Assembly (NCBI GenBank): GCA_964482725.1
Contig: CAYZYT010000001.1
Location: forward strand, 86,318-150,317
Length of the DNA: 64,000 bases
Direction of reading: 5' to 3'
From: an uncultured bacterium
GTDB taxonomy: Bacteria; Omnitrophota; Omnitrophia; Omnitrophales; Aquincolibacteriaceae
Shown: piece after piece, positions 17,395 through 25,348 of the stretch
Layout of the letters: every line of letters begins with the position of its first letter
Position numbering within the stretch: the stretch's first letter is position 1
Notes under the pieces: generated by a model
Databases searched by the model: none
The model's input: only the letters and a program-made list of their open reading frames with translations
What the model was told of the DNA's origin: nothing
Position numbers and translations under genes: made by a program

Positions 17395-18771
17395 ATGATG
17401 AAAAAATTCCTCTCGTTCGGGATCCTTATCGCCTTTATTTCGATCACTCCCGCCCCCGCTTTCGCGGTGGGTTCCGGAGGATTTGAGAACGCTTCCTTCA
17501 GCGCCAAACAATTGGGATTGGGCTCCGCGGTCACAGCCACGCCGGATGAACCGGCGGCCATTTCGTATAACCCGGCCGGCATCGCGGACCTTCCAGGGAT
17601 TCAAGTTCAGGGAAACGCCAACTTCATCAGCTTTATGACATTCAAGAAAAATAGCGTCGAAGGCAATTCTCGCAGTACGGGGACACTCAACCTTGTTCCA
17701 ACCGGCTATATCACGATCAACCCCGGCAAGATCTTCCAAAATAAATTGGGACTTGGCATCGGCATGGATTCTCCATTCGGATTGAGCAACAAGTACCGGT
17801 CCAATGATCCGTCAGTCAAATATTCGGGGTATAGTAACTTCCTTAAGATGTGGACACTCAAACCCACGATCGCCTACAAGATCACCGACAAGATTTCCGT
17901 CGGAGGCGGCCCCATGTGGTACCGGGTCGAAGATTTCGGCGGCGTTCAGGCTTATCCCAGCGGCGCTTATCCCCCACCTTATGGGACAGGGGGAGGAAAT
18001 GGACAGGTCCGACTCAACACTTCTGGCAATCATTGGGGCTGGCAGATGGGTGCTTTGATCAAACTGACCCCAAAACACCGACTCGGTTATTATTTCCGGA
18101 GCCCTGTGGTCGTGAAAACGAGCGGCTTAGGAAAGGTGGAAAATTCGTCCATGGCCGGAAGCCCTGGGCGTTTTGAGACCGGCGTTTACACAAAACTTTC
18201 ACTCCCCATGAACATGACATGGGCCTACGCCTATCAGCCCACCGAGAAAACCCATTATGAGGTAGACTTCACCTGGTCGCACTGGAAGACACACAAACGA
18301 CTTTATTGGAACGTCGATCCCACAGGGAGTGTTATGGATGATGCCGTTATGAATGATATCCGAGAGGCCGATAAGGATTGGCGGGATAGTTTTGGCATTC
18401 AGCTCGGCGCGAGCCACAAACTCACAAAAAAGTTGACGCTCCGCGGCGGAAGCTGGTTCTACTGGACGCCGGTTCCCTATGATCATTTTACGCCTGCGGT
18501 TCCGGATGCCAATCACTGGGCCGTCAGCATCGGTGCGGGCTACGACATCAATAAATATCTGACCGCAGACCTTTGCTATTACAATTCTTTCTACTTCAGG
18601 CGGCACATCAAAAACCCCGCTGCCTATGTTGATGGGACCTACACCTCGTATTCCCAGGCCTTCACGATCAGCTTGACGGCAAAGTGGGACGATATTTTCC
18701 CGCGGTCGTTCGGGAATAAAGGGAATGAAGCGGCAGCGCCTTCGATCGATATGCCGGGGGCAACGAAGTAA
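17395..18771 (+). CDS. OmpP1/FadL-family outer-membrane transporter
   Basis: Signal peptide, AISYNPAG motif, PFGL, VPDA near the C-terminus; start moved to ATG 17395 (AAGGAG RBS). Confidence 0.9.
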   Translation: MMKKFLSFGILIAFISITPAPAFAVGSGGFENASFSAKQLGLGSAVTATPDEPAAISYNPAGIADLPGIQVQGNANFISFMTFKKNSVEGNSRSTGTLNLVPTGYITINPGKIFQNKLGLGIGMDSPFGLSNKYRSNDPSVKYSGYSNFLKMWTLKPTIAYKITDKISVGGGPMWYRVEDFGGVQAYPSGAYPPPYGTGGGNGQVRLNTSGNHWGWQMGALIKLTPKHRLGYYFRSPVVVKTSGLGKVENSSMAGSPGRFETGVYTKLSLPMNMTWAYAYQPTEKTHYEVDFTWSHWKTHKRLYWNVDPTGSVMDDAVMNDIREADKDWRDSFGIQLGASHKLTKKLTLRGGSWFYWTPVPYDHFTPAVPDANHWAVSIGAGYDINKYLTADLCYYNSFYFRRHIKNPAAYVDGTYTSYSQAFTISLTAKWDDIFPRSFGNKGNEAAAPSIDMPGATK

Positions 18772-18815
18772 TAAAAGCAGTATGGGGTAAGTAGAAAATT
18801 AAAGGGGTTTGACCC

Positions 18816-18850
18816 AGGGACGGTTCTCCTAAGGAGAACCGTCCCTTTTT
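18816..18850 (+). terminator. Intrinsic terminator between convergent fadL-like gene and gpsA
   Basis: Perfect AGGGACGGTTCTCCT/AGGAGAACCGTCCCT stem followed by a T run. Confidence 0.7.
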
Positions 18851-19892
18851 ACTTTTGCTGGAAGGAACTCAGGTCGAAAGCCTTCCACTCCTCGTAGGGT
18901 GTGCGCGCAAGAAGCGCTGTAACCACCTCTCCGGGATCTTTATCCTGGAAGAGCATATTGTAGACTTCATTCATGATCGGCAAGTGCAGGTTTTCACGCT
19001 CACAAAGTTGGTGCACACTTAAAGCCGTGTCCACACCTTCGGCAACCATCGCCATTTCCCCAAGAACGGTCTTGATCTTCCGGCCCTTGCCGAGCTCTCG
19101 GCCCACATGAAGATTCCGCCCGTGCTTTGAGAAACACGTCGTAATAAGGTCCCCGATCCCGGACAGCCCGAAAAAAGTGTTCGGATTCGCGCCGTGCTTC
19201 ACCCCGAGCCGAACGATCTCGTAAAGGCCTCGGGTGATCAGGCCGGATTTTGTATTGTCCCCGAATTTAAGGCCATCGCAGACTCCCGCCGCGATCGCGA
19301 TCACATTCTTGAGAGCACCACCGAATTCGACCCCGGTCAGATCCTTCTGGACATAGATACGAAATTGAGGATCTCGAAAATATTCCTGGATGTACTCAGC
19401 ATGTTTGGGGTCCTCCGAGGCCGCCACCGTCAAGGTGGGGATCTTGCGAGCCACTTCTTCAGCATGCGACGGGCCTGACAGAACGACGACCGGAAGATGC
19501 TTGCCCATGACTTCGCGAATGATCTCCGAAGGACGGAGGCAGGTCTTCTTTTCGATCCCTTTGGCAGTACTCACAAGGATCTTACCTTGAAAGGAAAGTT
19601 CCTTGAGCTTGAAAAGGACATTACGAAGATACTGCGAGGGAATGGCCAGCACGAGCACGTCGCCAAAATCAACCGCTTCTTTGAGGTTGGACGTGATCCG
19701 GAGGTTTTTGGGCAATTTCACTCCCGGCAGAAACTTGACGTTCTCGCGTTCCTCCTGAAGCACGGCCGCGTAATCCGCGAACGCGGACCACAGGATCACA
19801 TCGTTGCCACGGCGGACGTTCACGAGCGCGAGCGCCGTTCCCCACCCACCGTCTCCAAGCACTGTTACTCTGATGCTTTTCGCCATAACCAT
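18849..19892 (-). CDS. gpsA: NAD(P)H-dependent glycerol-3-phosphate dehydrogenase
   Basis: GDGGWGTAL, SGPSHAEEV, GALKNVIAIAAG, GLSGIGDLITTC motifs. Confidence 0.97.
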   Translation of the reverse strand: MVMAKSIRVTVLGDGGWGTALALVNVRRGNDVILWSAFADYAAVLQEERENVKFLPGVKLPKNLRITSNLKEAVDFGDVLVLAIPSQYLRNVLFKLKELSFQGKILVSTAKGIEKKTCLRPSEIIREVMGKHLPVVVLSGPSHAEEVARKIPTLTVAASEDPKHAEYIQEYFRDPQFRIYVQKDLTGVEFGGALKNVIAIAAGVCDGLKFGDNTKSGLITRGLYEIVRLGVKHGANPNTFFGLSGIGDLITTCFSKHGRNLHVGRELGKGRKIKTVLGEMAMVAEGVDTALSVHQLCERENLHLPIMNEVYNMLFQDKDPGEVVTALLARTPYEEWKAFDLSSFQQK

Positions 19893-19992
19893 CCTTCTTG
19901 ACTGTGATTACTTTATCATTCCCTCGCACAAGGGGCAAAGCTCAAAGAAAAACAAGTCCTGCGCACCTTGCGCTTTGCGCTTGGCTCTGTGG

Positions 19993-20424
19993 TTACTTAC
20001 AGCGGCAACGCTTCTTAAGAAGCGCATACTCCTGAACAACTTCCTTGATCTCGGCGGGTACGCGGCAGGGCTTCATGGTCTTGTTCACGAAAACATGCAC
20101 GGTATAACCCGTTGCGAGAGAAACCTGGGTCTTCGCATTCATCACCTGATATTCAAAACGCAAAGTGCTGTTGCCGATCTCGACAACGCTCGTCCTGACG
20201 ATAATGTCATCATCGTAGGTCGACGGCGCGAGATAATTGGCGTGCGCCTCCGCCACCGGAAGGTAGATCCCTTTTTTTTCGCATTCGGTGTACGGAAACC
20301 CGAGCGCCCTGAAATATTCCGTGCGCGCGGCCTCGAACCATTTCAGATAATTCGCGTAATAGGTGATCCCCATCTGATCCGTGTCTGCATAAAGCACCCG
20401 GTAACGATAATCAAAATAGTTCAT
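19993..20424 (-). CDS. Acyl-CoA thioesterase, YbgC/FadM family
   Basis: RVLYADTDQMGITYYANYLKWFEAAR hotdog motif. Confidence 0.92.
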   Translation of the reverse strand: MNYFDYRYRVLYADTDQMGITYYANYLKWFEAARTEYFRALGFPYTECEKKGIYLPVAEAHANYLAPSTYDDDIIVRTSVVEIGNSTLRFEYQVMNAKTQVSLATGYTVHVFVNKTMKPCRVPAEIKEVVQEYALLKKRCRCK

Positions 20425-20503
20425 GATATCTCCTCGGTGAACGGGAAACGCCGAACGGCAAACGTTCTCGTTCCCCGTTACCCGTTCCCCGGAAAAAGAT
20501 TTT

Positions 20504-21601
20504 TTAAAAAAAATTCTTTTTTGTTTGGATCTTTTCTTTACGCTCGCCCGCTAATTTTTCAAGCAGCTCTCGCTCCGGCTTGCTCAATTTTGTCGGGATC
20601 TCAATATCGACCTTCACATACTCCTCCCCACGGCGGCCCTCCATCCCAAACGCCGGAACGCCCTCGCCTTTGATCTTCAGGACCTTGCCGGCCGGAGTTC
20701 CGGCCGCGATCTCAAGGTTCGTCTTTCCCGTAAGGGTGGGCACTTCCACCTCTCCGCCCAGCACGGCAATGGTGTAAGGGATCAACACCTCACAATAAAT
20801 GTCTTGGCCCTGGCGCTCGAAGGTCTTGCTTTTTTTTACGAGCACTTGGATATAAAGATCGCCTCGGGACGCGCCCCCTTGCCCTGCCTCCCCTTCGCCC
20901 GTCACTCGGAGTCGTGAGCCATGTTCAATGCCGGAGGGGATCTTGACTTGAAGCTTGCGTGTTTTCCTCAAACGTCCTTCCCCGTGGCACGTTTGGCAGG
21001 GTTTCTCGATCGACTCCCCCTCCCCATGACAACGGGCACAGGTTCTGCGAAGCGTAAAAAAACCCTGGGAAACACGCACTTCGCCCCGACCTCCGCAATC
21101 GGCGCAAACTTTCTTTTTGGAACCTTTTTCGGCGCCCGTCCCCTGGCACTCGCTGCAAGTTTCCTTGCGCGGGATCTCAAGGTCAAAGGTTTTCCCGGTC
21201 AGCACTTCCGCCAGTTCGAGCTCGACGGTGTATTCAAGATCCGAACCCCGTTGCCCGCGGCCGCGCCTTCGGCCACCGCTCCCGCTCCCCCCAAAAAAAT
21301 CCTCGAAAAGATCGCCAAAAATATCACTGAACCCGCCAAAGGCATCCTGAAAACCTTCGAAACCGGAAAATCCAGCGCCGCCCATGCTGTGACCAAATTG
21401 GTCGTAACGGGCCCGTTTGTCTGAGTCGCTCAGGACCGCATAGGCCTCGGCGGCTTCCTTGAATTTTTCTTCGGATGCTTTATCCCCGGGATTACGATCC
21501 GGATGATATTGGAGGGCAAGCTTACGGTAGCTTTTCTTGATAGTTTCCCCGTCTGAATTCCGGGTCACGCTCAACACTTCATAATAATCGCGTTTGGTCA
21601 T
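20504..21601 (-). CDS. dnaJ: Chaperone DnaJ
   Basis: HPD J-domain, G/F region, four CxxCxGxG zinc motifs. Confidence 0.98.
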   Translation of the reverse strand: MTKRDYYEVLSVTRNSDGETIKKSYRKLALQYHPDRNPGDKASEEKFKEAAEAYAVLSDSDKRARYDQFGHSMGGAGFSGFEGFQDAFGGFSDIFGDLFEDFFGGSGSGGRRRGRGQRGSDLEYTVELELAEVLTGKTFDLEIPRKETCSECQGTGAEKGSKKKVCADCGGRGEVRVSQGFFTLRRTCARCHGEGESIEKPCQTCHGEGRLRKTRKLQVKIPSGIEHGSRLRVTGEGEAGQGGASRGDLYIQVLVKKSKTFERQGQDIYCEVLIPYTIAVLGGEVEVPTLTGKTNLEIAAGTPAGKVLKIKGEGVPAFGMEGRRGEEYVKVDIEIPTKLSKPERELLEKLAGERKEKIQTKKNFF

Positions 21602-21673
21602 AAACCTTAGGATATCGGATGATGGATGGAGGAGGGTGAAAAACCCGCTTTTACTTCATCCGCCATTCTGTTG

Positions 21674-22336
21674 TCAGGTGATCTCGTCCTGTTTTTCTTC
21701 GGACGCGGGCGGTGGATTGGGAGACACACGGACACGGACCTTTGCAGCCCGGAGAAGACGGTCCTGCAACATGAAACCGGGCTCCAGCTCGTCCACGATC
21801 TGGTCCTCCTTACCTTCTTCGGACACATGCGCAACCACTTCATGAAAATGGGGATTGAAGGTTTGACCGACAGTCTCGATCTTCTTCAGCCCGTGCATTT
21901 TGAGAATATCGGCCAGTTGCTTTTGAACTCTCTCCACGCCGGAAATGACCGTCTTCAAATTTTGACGCAGGGCTTCATAACTCGAGGCATTCGCAGAAGC
22001 CGTGTTCGCATGACCCACCGCACGCTCAAAATTGTCCAACACCGGGAGGAGATCTTTTAAGATCCGCTCCTGGCTGAATTTGATGAAGTCCTCTTTATCC
22101 CGCGCGTTCCGCTTCTTCGCGTTCTCATAATCCGCCGCCGCGAGCAGAAATTTCTGGCGCAGCCCTTCGAGCTCCTCTACCTTTTTCTTGAGATCCTCAT
22201 ATTCCTGAACGGCGACTTCTATTTTTCCGCCTTGGGGCGACGCGGAAGGTAGCGAGCCCTCTTTCACTTCGCCCGGCATCTGATTTCCTGTATCCGGCTT
22301 TTCATGAGAATGATTTTTTTTGTGGTGGCTCATCAT
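21674..22336 (-). CDS. grpE: Nucleotide exchange factor GrpE
   Basis: ADYENAKKR, LLPVLDNFERA, FNPHFHEV, RLLRAAKV motifs. Confidence 0.97.
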   Translation of the reverse strand: MMSHHKKNHSHEKPDTGNQMPGEVKEGSLPSASPQGGKIEVAVQEYEDLKKKVEELEGLRQKFLLAAADYENAKKRNARDKEDFIKFSQERILKDLLPVLDNFERAVGHANTASANASSYEALRQNLKTVISGVERVQKQLADILKMHGLKKIETVGQTFNPHFHEVVAHVSEEGKEDQIVDELEPGFMLQDRLLRAAKVRVRVSPNPPPASEEKQDEIT

Positions 22337-23112
22337 TCTTCAGATTCCCTATGTTCCAGAATATCCCCGACGGCCACAGCCATGCGAGAAACCAAGGGAA
22401 TGATCTGGCGATACGCCATGCGCTTGGGCCCCAGGATCGCGATCACCCCCTGACGGTTCTTTCCCGCGGTATAACGCGCCGTCACAATGGCGCAATCGCC
22501 CAAAGCTTCGTGCGAATGCTCATGACCTACAGAAACCGAAACATGTTCCGGGTCCGCGTGCGTCAGAACCCACTGCATCAACGCCACTTTTTCTTCAAAA
22601 ACACCCAGAAGGTTTCTGATTTTTCGAACATCCTGGAACTCCGGTTTCTCAAGCATGTAGGATAAGCCCTGTAACGAAAGCTTGAGACGGCCCGGCTTTT
22701 CAGACGCGGGGACTTCTGCGAAGGGCATTAACGTCAAACCGATTTCCTGAGAGAGCGAGGAAAGCAAGAGTGAAACATGGTCCAAAAACTCCTCAATTCT
22801 TTCATCCCCGTTCTTAGAAATGAGTTCTCCTCCCAAACGGTTCAAAGGTGCTTCGGAAGCATCTTCAAAGGAAGTATGATCCAGGTAATAACGATAGCCA
22901 TGGTCCGTCGGTAGACGACCGGACGAGGTGTGCGGATGTGTCAAATACCCCATTTCCTCCAAAGCACCCATCTCATGACGGATGGTCGCGGGAGAAAAAG
23001 AAATGGCGCATTTCTCCGCGATCGAACGAGAGCCCACCGGCTGAGTCGTCTCGATATGCGTTTCAATGACACCCCGGAGAATGTCGTTCTGTCTTAGGGA
23101 TAAGGTTTCCAT
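22333..23112 (-). CDS. hrcA: Heat-inducible transcription repressor HrcA (short form)
   Basis: PVGS, SPATIRHEM..LE..GYL..PHTSSGRLPTD.GYRYY, GPKRMAY. Confidence 0.93.
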   Translation of the reverse strand: METLSLRQNDILRGVIETHIETTQPVGSRSIAEKCAISFSPATIRHEMGALEEMGYLTHPHTSSGRLPTDHGYRYYLDHTSFEDASEAPLNRLGGELISKNGDERIEEFLDHVSLLLSSLSQEIGLTLMPFAEVPASEKPGRLKLSLQGLSYMLEKPEFQDVRKIRNLLGVFEEKVALMQWVLTHADPEHVSVSVGHEHSHEALGDCAIVTARYTAGKNRQGVIAILGPKRMAYRQIIPLVSRMAVAVGDILEHRESEE

Positions 23113-23306
23113 GGGCCCTGATTTTCGTTCATTTCATTGATAAGGAAGTCGGTCCTGATTTTCATTTACTTTAAATCGAAAATCAGCACAGTCCCAACCC
23201 TCCCTGCATTTTAACGAAGGATTGGAACAGGACAATCATGATCGGCGGGTATGATAGCAAAAAACAGGCCGGATGAAAAGGAGGCGTTATAAGCAAAAAG
23301 GACACA

Positions 23307-23374
23307 GCGCATAGTACCTAGCCCTTGAGAAAAAACGCTCCGTCTCTCTCCCAAGCTCGCTAAGTACTATGCGC
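23307..23374. other. Intergenic inverted repeat
   Basis: GCGCATAGTAC (23307-23317) pairs with GTACTATGCGC (23364-23374); lies downstream of the Spy-like gene. Confidence 0.5.
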
Positions 23375-23424
23375 CAGATACTTGATACCTTCCCGCCAAC
23401 AGGCAGGTTCTTGCCGTAGTGAAA

Positions 23425-23955
23425 CTAGCTCTTTTTCGGCTCTTGATCCTTTTTTCCCCAGCCGTCATGCTTCTTCTGCATCCAGCCTTTATGCTGATCC
23501 TGCATTTTGGCGAACTGCTCAGGCGTCAGGATCTCCTTCATGGCGAAAATGCCATCGATGTTCTGTGCGAACATCTGACCCTTGAGAGCATTCACTTCGT
23601 CGATGAGACCGCTCACCTCGGCCCGCGTCGTTCCCGGTTTCGCAACCACTTCGTGAAGCGCCTGCATTTTTTTCTTCATTTGATCACGAACCGCTTTGCT
23701 GCTTTCCATCTTCGCTTCCCGCTGGACTTTGAGCTTCTCTTTCTGCTCGGGGGTCAAATTCAGTTCTTTGAAGAACTCTTTGGGATCAGAACGTCCATAC
23801 CCCGAACCCTCGTCTCCGGAACCACCCTGAAGAGCCCCCGGATCACCTGCGGTTGCCGTGCCGCCGTCTTGAGATTCGGCATAGACCCCAGGCCCCGAAG
23901 CCATCAAACCCACCACCAGCAAAAGCGCCATCACCTTCGTTAGTTTTTTTTCCAT
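23425..23955 (-). CDS. Spy/CpxP-family periplasmic chaperone
   Basis: Signal peptide; two LTxEQ motifs (LNLTPEQK, ILTPEQF). Confidence 0.88.
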   Translation of the reverse strand: MEKKLTKVMALLLVVGLMASGPGVYAESQDGGTATAGDPGALQGGSGDEGSGYGRSDPKEFFKELNLTPEQKEKLKVQREAKMESSKAVRDQMKKKMQALHEVVAKPGTTRAEVSGLIDEVNALKGQMFAQNIDGIFAMKEILTPEQFAKMQDQHKGWMQKKHDGWGKKDQEPKKS

Positions 23956-24057
23956 TTTGAAGCCCTCCCTTTTCTGTCTTCTATACTGTTCTCTGTTAAA
24001 TTTTAAGGGTTAACAGTATTGTACTGCCTCCCCATAAAATCAATTGTCAGGCAGTGC

Positions 24058-24086
24058 TAAGACAACTCCCGTTCGATAATAGTTCC
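24058..24086 (-). promoter_or_regulatory. ECF (RpoE-like) promoter of the Spy-like gene
   Basis: GGAACT-N17-GTCTTA; same layout as the promoter at 25250-25278. Confidence 0.75.
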
Positions 24087-24087
24087 A

Positions 24088-24585
24088 TCATCCGCCCATC
24101 TGCTCCAGAACCGCCGAATAATCTTTCGGATCGCTATTCAAAAGGTCCGTGTCCCCGGCTTTGAGACCGCTCAGGAAGGTCATCTGCTCGGAGATATAGC
24201 CATAGACCGGATCCGCAAAACTGGAAGGCCATTTCGCGAGCACCACGACCCCCAGGATCACAACGGTCACGAAAGCCGCGCGCATCAGGGGAGCAGGCCA
24301 AGGGAAACGGGAAGCAAAAATATCCACAAGCTTCCAAAAACCACCGTTGGAACGCGCTCGCTCCGCCTCAAGCCTCTCCTGAATCCTCTGCCAAACAACG
24401 CCCTCCGGCTGCAATGCTCCGGCTTCTTTAAACGGAACCACCGAGCTCCTACGAACGACCGTAAGAAATTCCCGGCACTCCGCGCACACGGTTAAATGCC
24501 GTTCAACTTCCCTATTCTCTTCGGGGCCCAGCTCTTTGTCCACATATTCGGTTATAAGCCGATCCTGAATTTTTTTACATTCCAT
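24088..24585 (-). CDS. zf-HC2 anti-sigma factor
   Basis: HLTVCAEC (HxxxCxxC) motif plus one TM helix; follows the ECF sigma; start MECKK at 24585. Confidence 0.9.
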   Translation of the reverse strand: MECKKIQDRLITEYVDKELGPEENREVERHLTVCAECREFLTVVRRSSVVPFKEAGALQPEGVVWQRIQERLEAERARSNGGFWKLVDIFASRFPWPAPLMRAAFVTVVILGVVVLAKWPSSFADPVYGYISEQMTFLSGLKAGDTDLLNSDPKDYSAVLEQMGG

Positions 24586-25138
24586 GGCTCGCCACCTCCT
24601 TTTCCCCAAGGGCCATCAAGGTCTCACGGGCTCTTTTGAGCCTTGAACGGACCGTATTGATTTTAAGGCCAAGACTCGTCGCGATCCCCTGATAATCCAA
24701 CCCTTCGATCTCCCGGAGCACGATACAAGCCCTCTGGTCCGGGTTCAGTTGATCAAGCAGAAACTTCAGCTGTTGCTCGGTTTCTCCGGCTTCAAGACGC
24801 CTCCCGGCATCCGGCTGCGTCACAGTTGCGGGATCCTCAAAAACCTCTTCGACTTCGCGCGTGGTCACGCGACTTCTTTTTTTTGCATGGTTGAGGGCCG
24901 TATTCACCGAGATCCTGTAAAGCCACGTCTTAAACGACGCCTCAAACTTGAAAGAACCGATATTTTTATGAATCTTCAGAAAGACGTCCTGCGTCACTTC
25001 CTCGGCATCATGTTTTTTATTCACGACACGATAGGCCAATGTGTAGACATATCCGGAGGCCCTTTGATAGATCTCCCTGAAGGCTCCCCGGTCCCCTTGT
25101 CCCGCTCTTAGGATCAGTTCCCGCTCGATCTCTTGCAT
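24575..25138 (-). CDS. ECF RNA polymerase sigma factor
   Basis: DAEEVTQDVFLK, FKTWLYRISVN, NTVRSRLKRAR; start 25138 preferred (25162 alternative). Confidence 0.95.
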   Translation of the reverse strand: MQEIERELILRAGQGDRGAFREIYQRASGYVYTLAYRVVNKKHDAEEVTQDVFLKIHKNIGSFKFEASFKTWLYRISVNTALNHAKKRSRVTTREVEEVFEDPATVTQPDAGRRLEAGETEQQLKFLLDQLNPDQRACIVLREIEGLDYQGIATSLGLKINTVRSRLKRARETLMALGEKEVASHGM

Positions 25139-25139
25139 G

Positions 25140-25180
25140 GTCCTTATACCTTTCAATTTCATTAAAGATGAAATTGGGGC
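25140..25180 (-). promoter_or_regulatory. Repeated palindromic leader motif, copy 2 (5' leader of the ECF sigma gene)
   Basis: + strand GTCCT-N8-TCAATTTCA-ttaaaga-TGAAATTGGGGC. Confidence 0.65.
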
Positions 25181-25249
25181 TGTTCTTGTCGACCGTAAAG
25201 GAAATAAAACGGAAGACGAGGATAGTTTGTTACCTCAACCCCCGACGAC

Positions 25250-25278
25250 TTAGACCGCAGCCTCTGGGGTTTAGTTCC
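25250..25278 (-). promoter_or_regulatory. Autoregulatory ECF promoter of the sigma gene
   Basis: GGAACT-N17-GTCTAA, RpoE-like consensus. Confidence 0.78.
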
Positions 25279-25348
25279 CCTCGCAGAGGACTTTTTCGAT
25301 CGCTGCCCATTCTAAGCTAAATTATTTTTTCCCCTCATTTTTTTTCGC

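Noticed and set aside
24052-24060. CAGTGCTAA resembling a CIRCE half-site
   Set aside because: No matching left half 9 nt away, and it is not upstream of hrcA.
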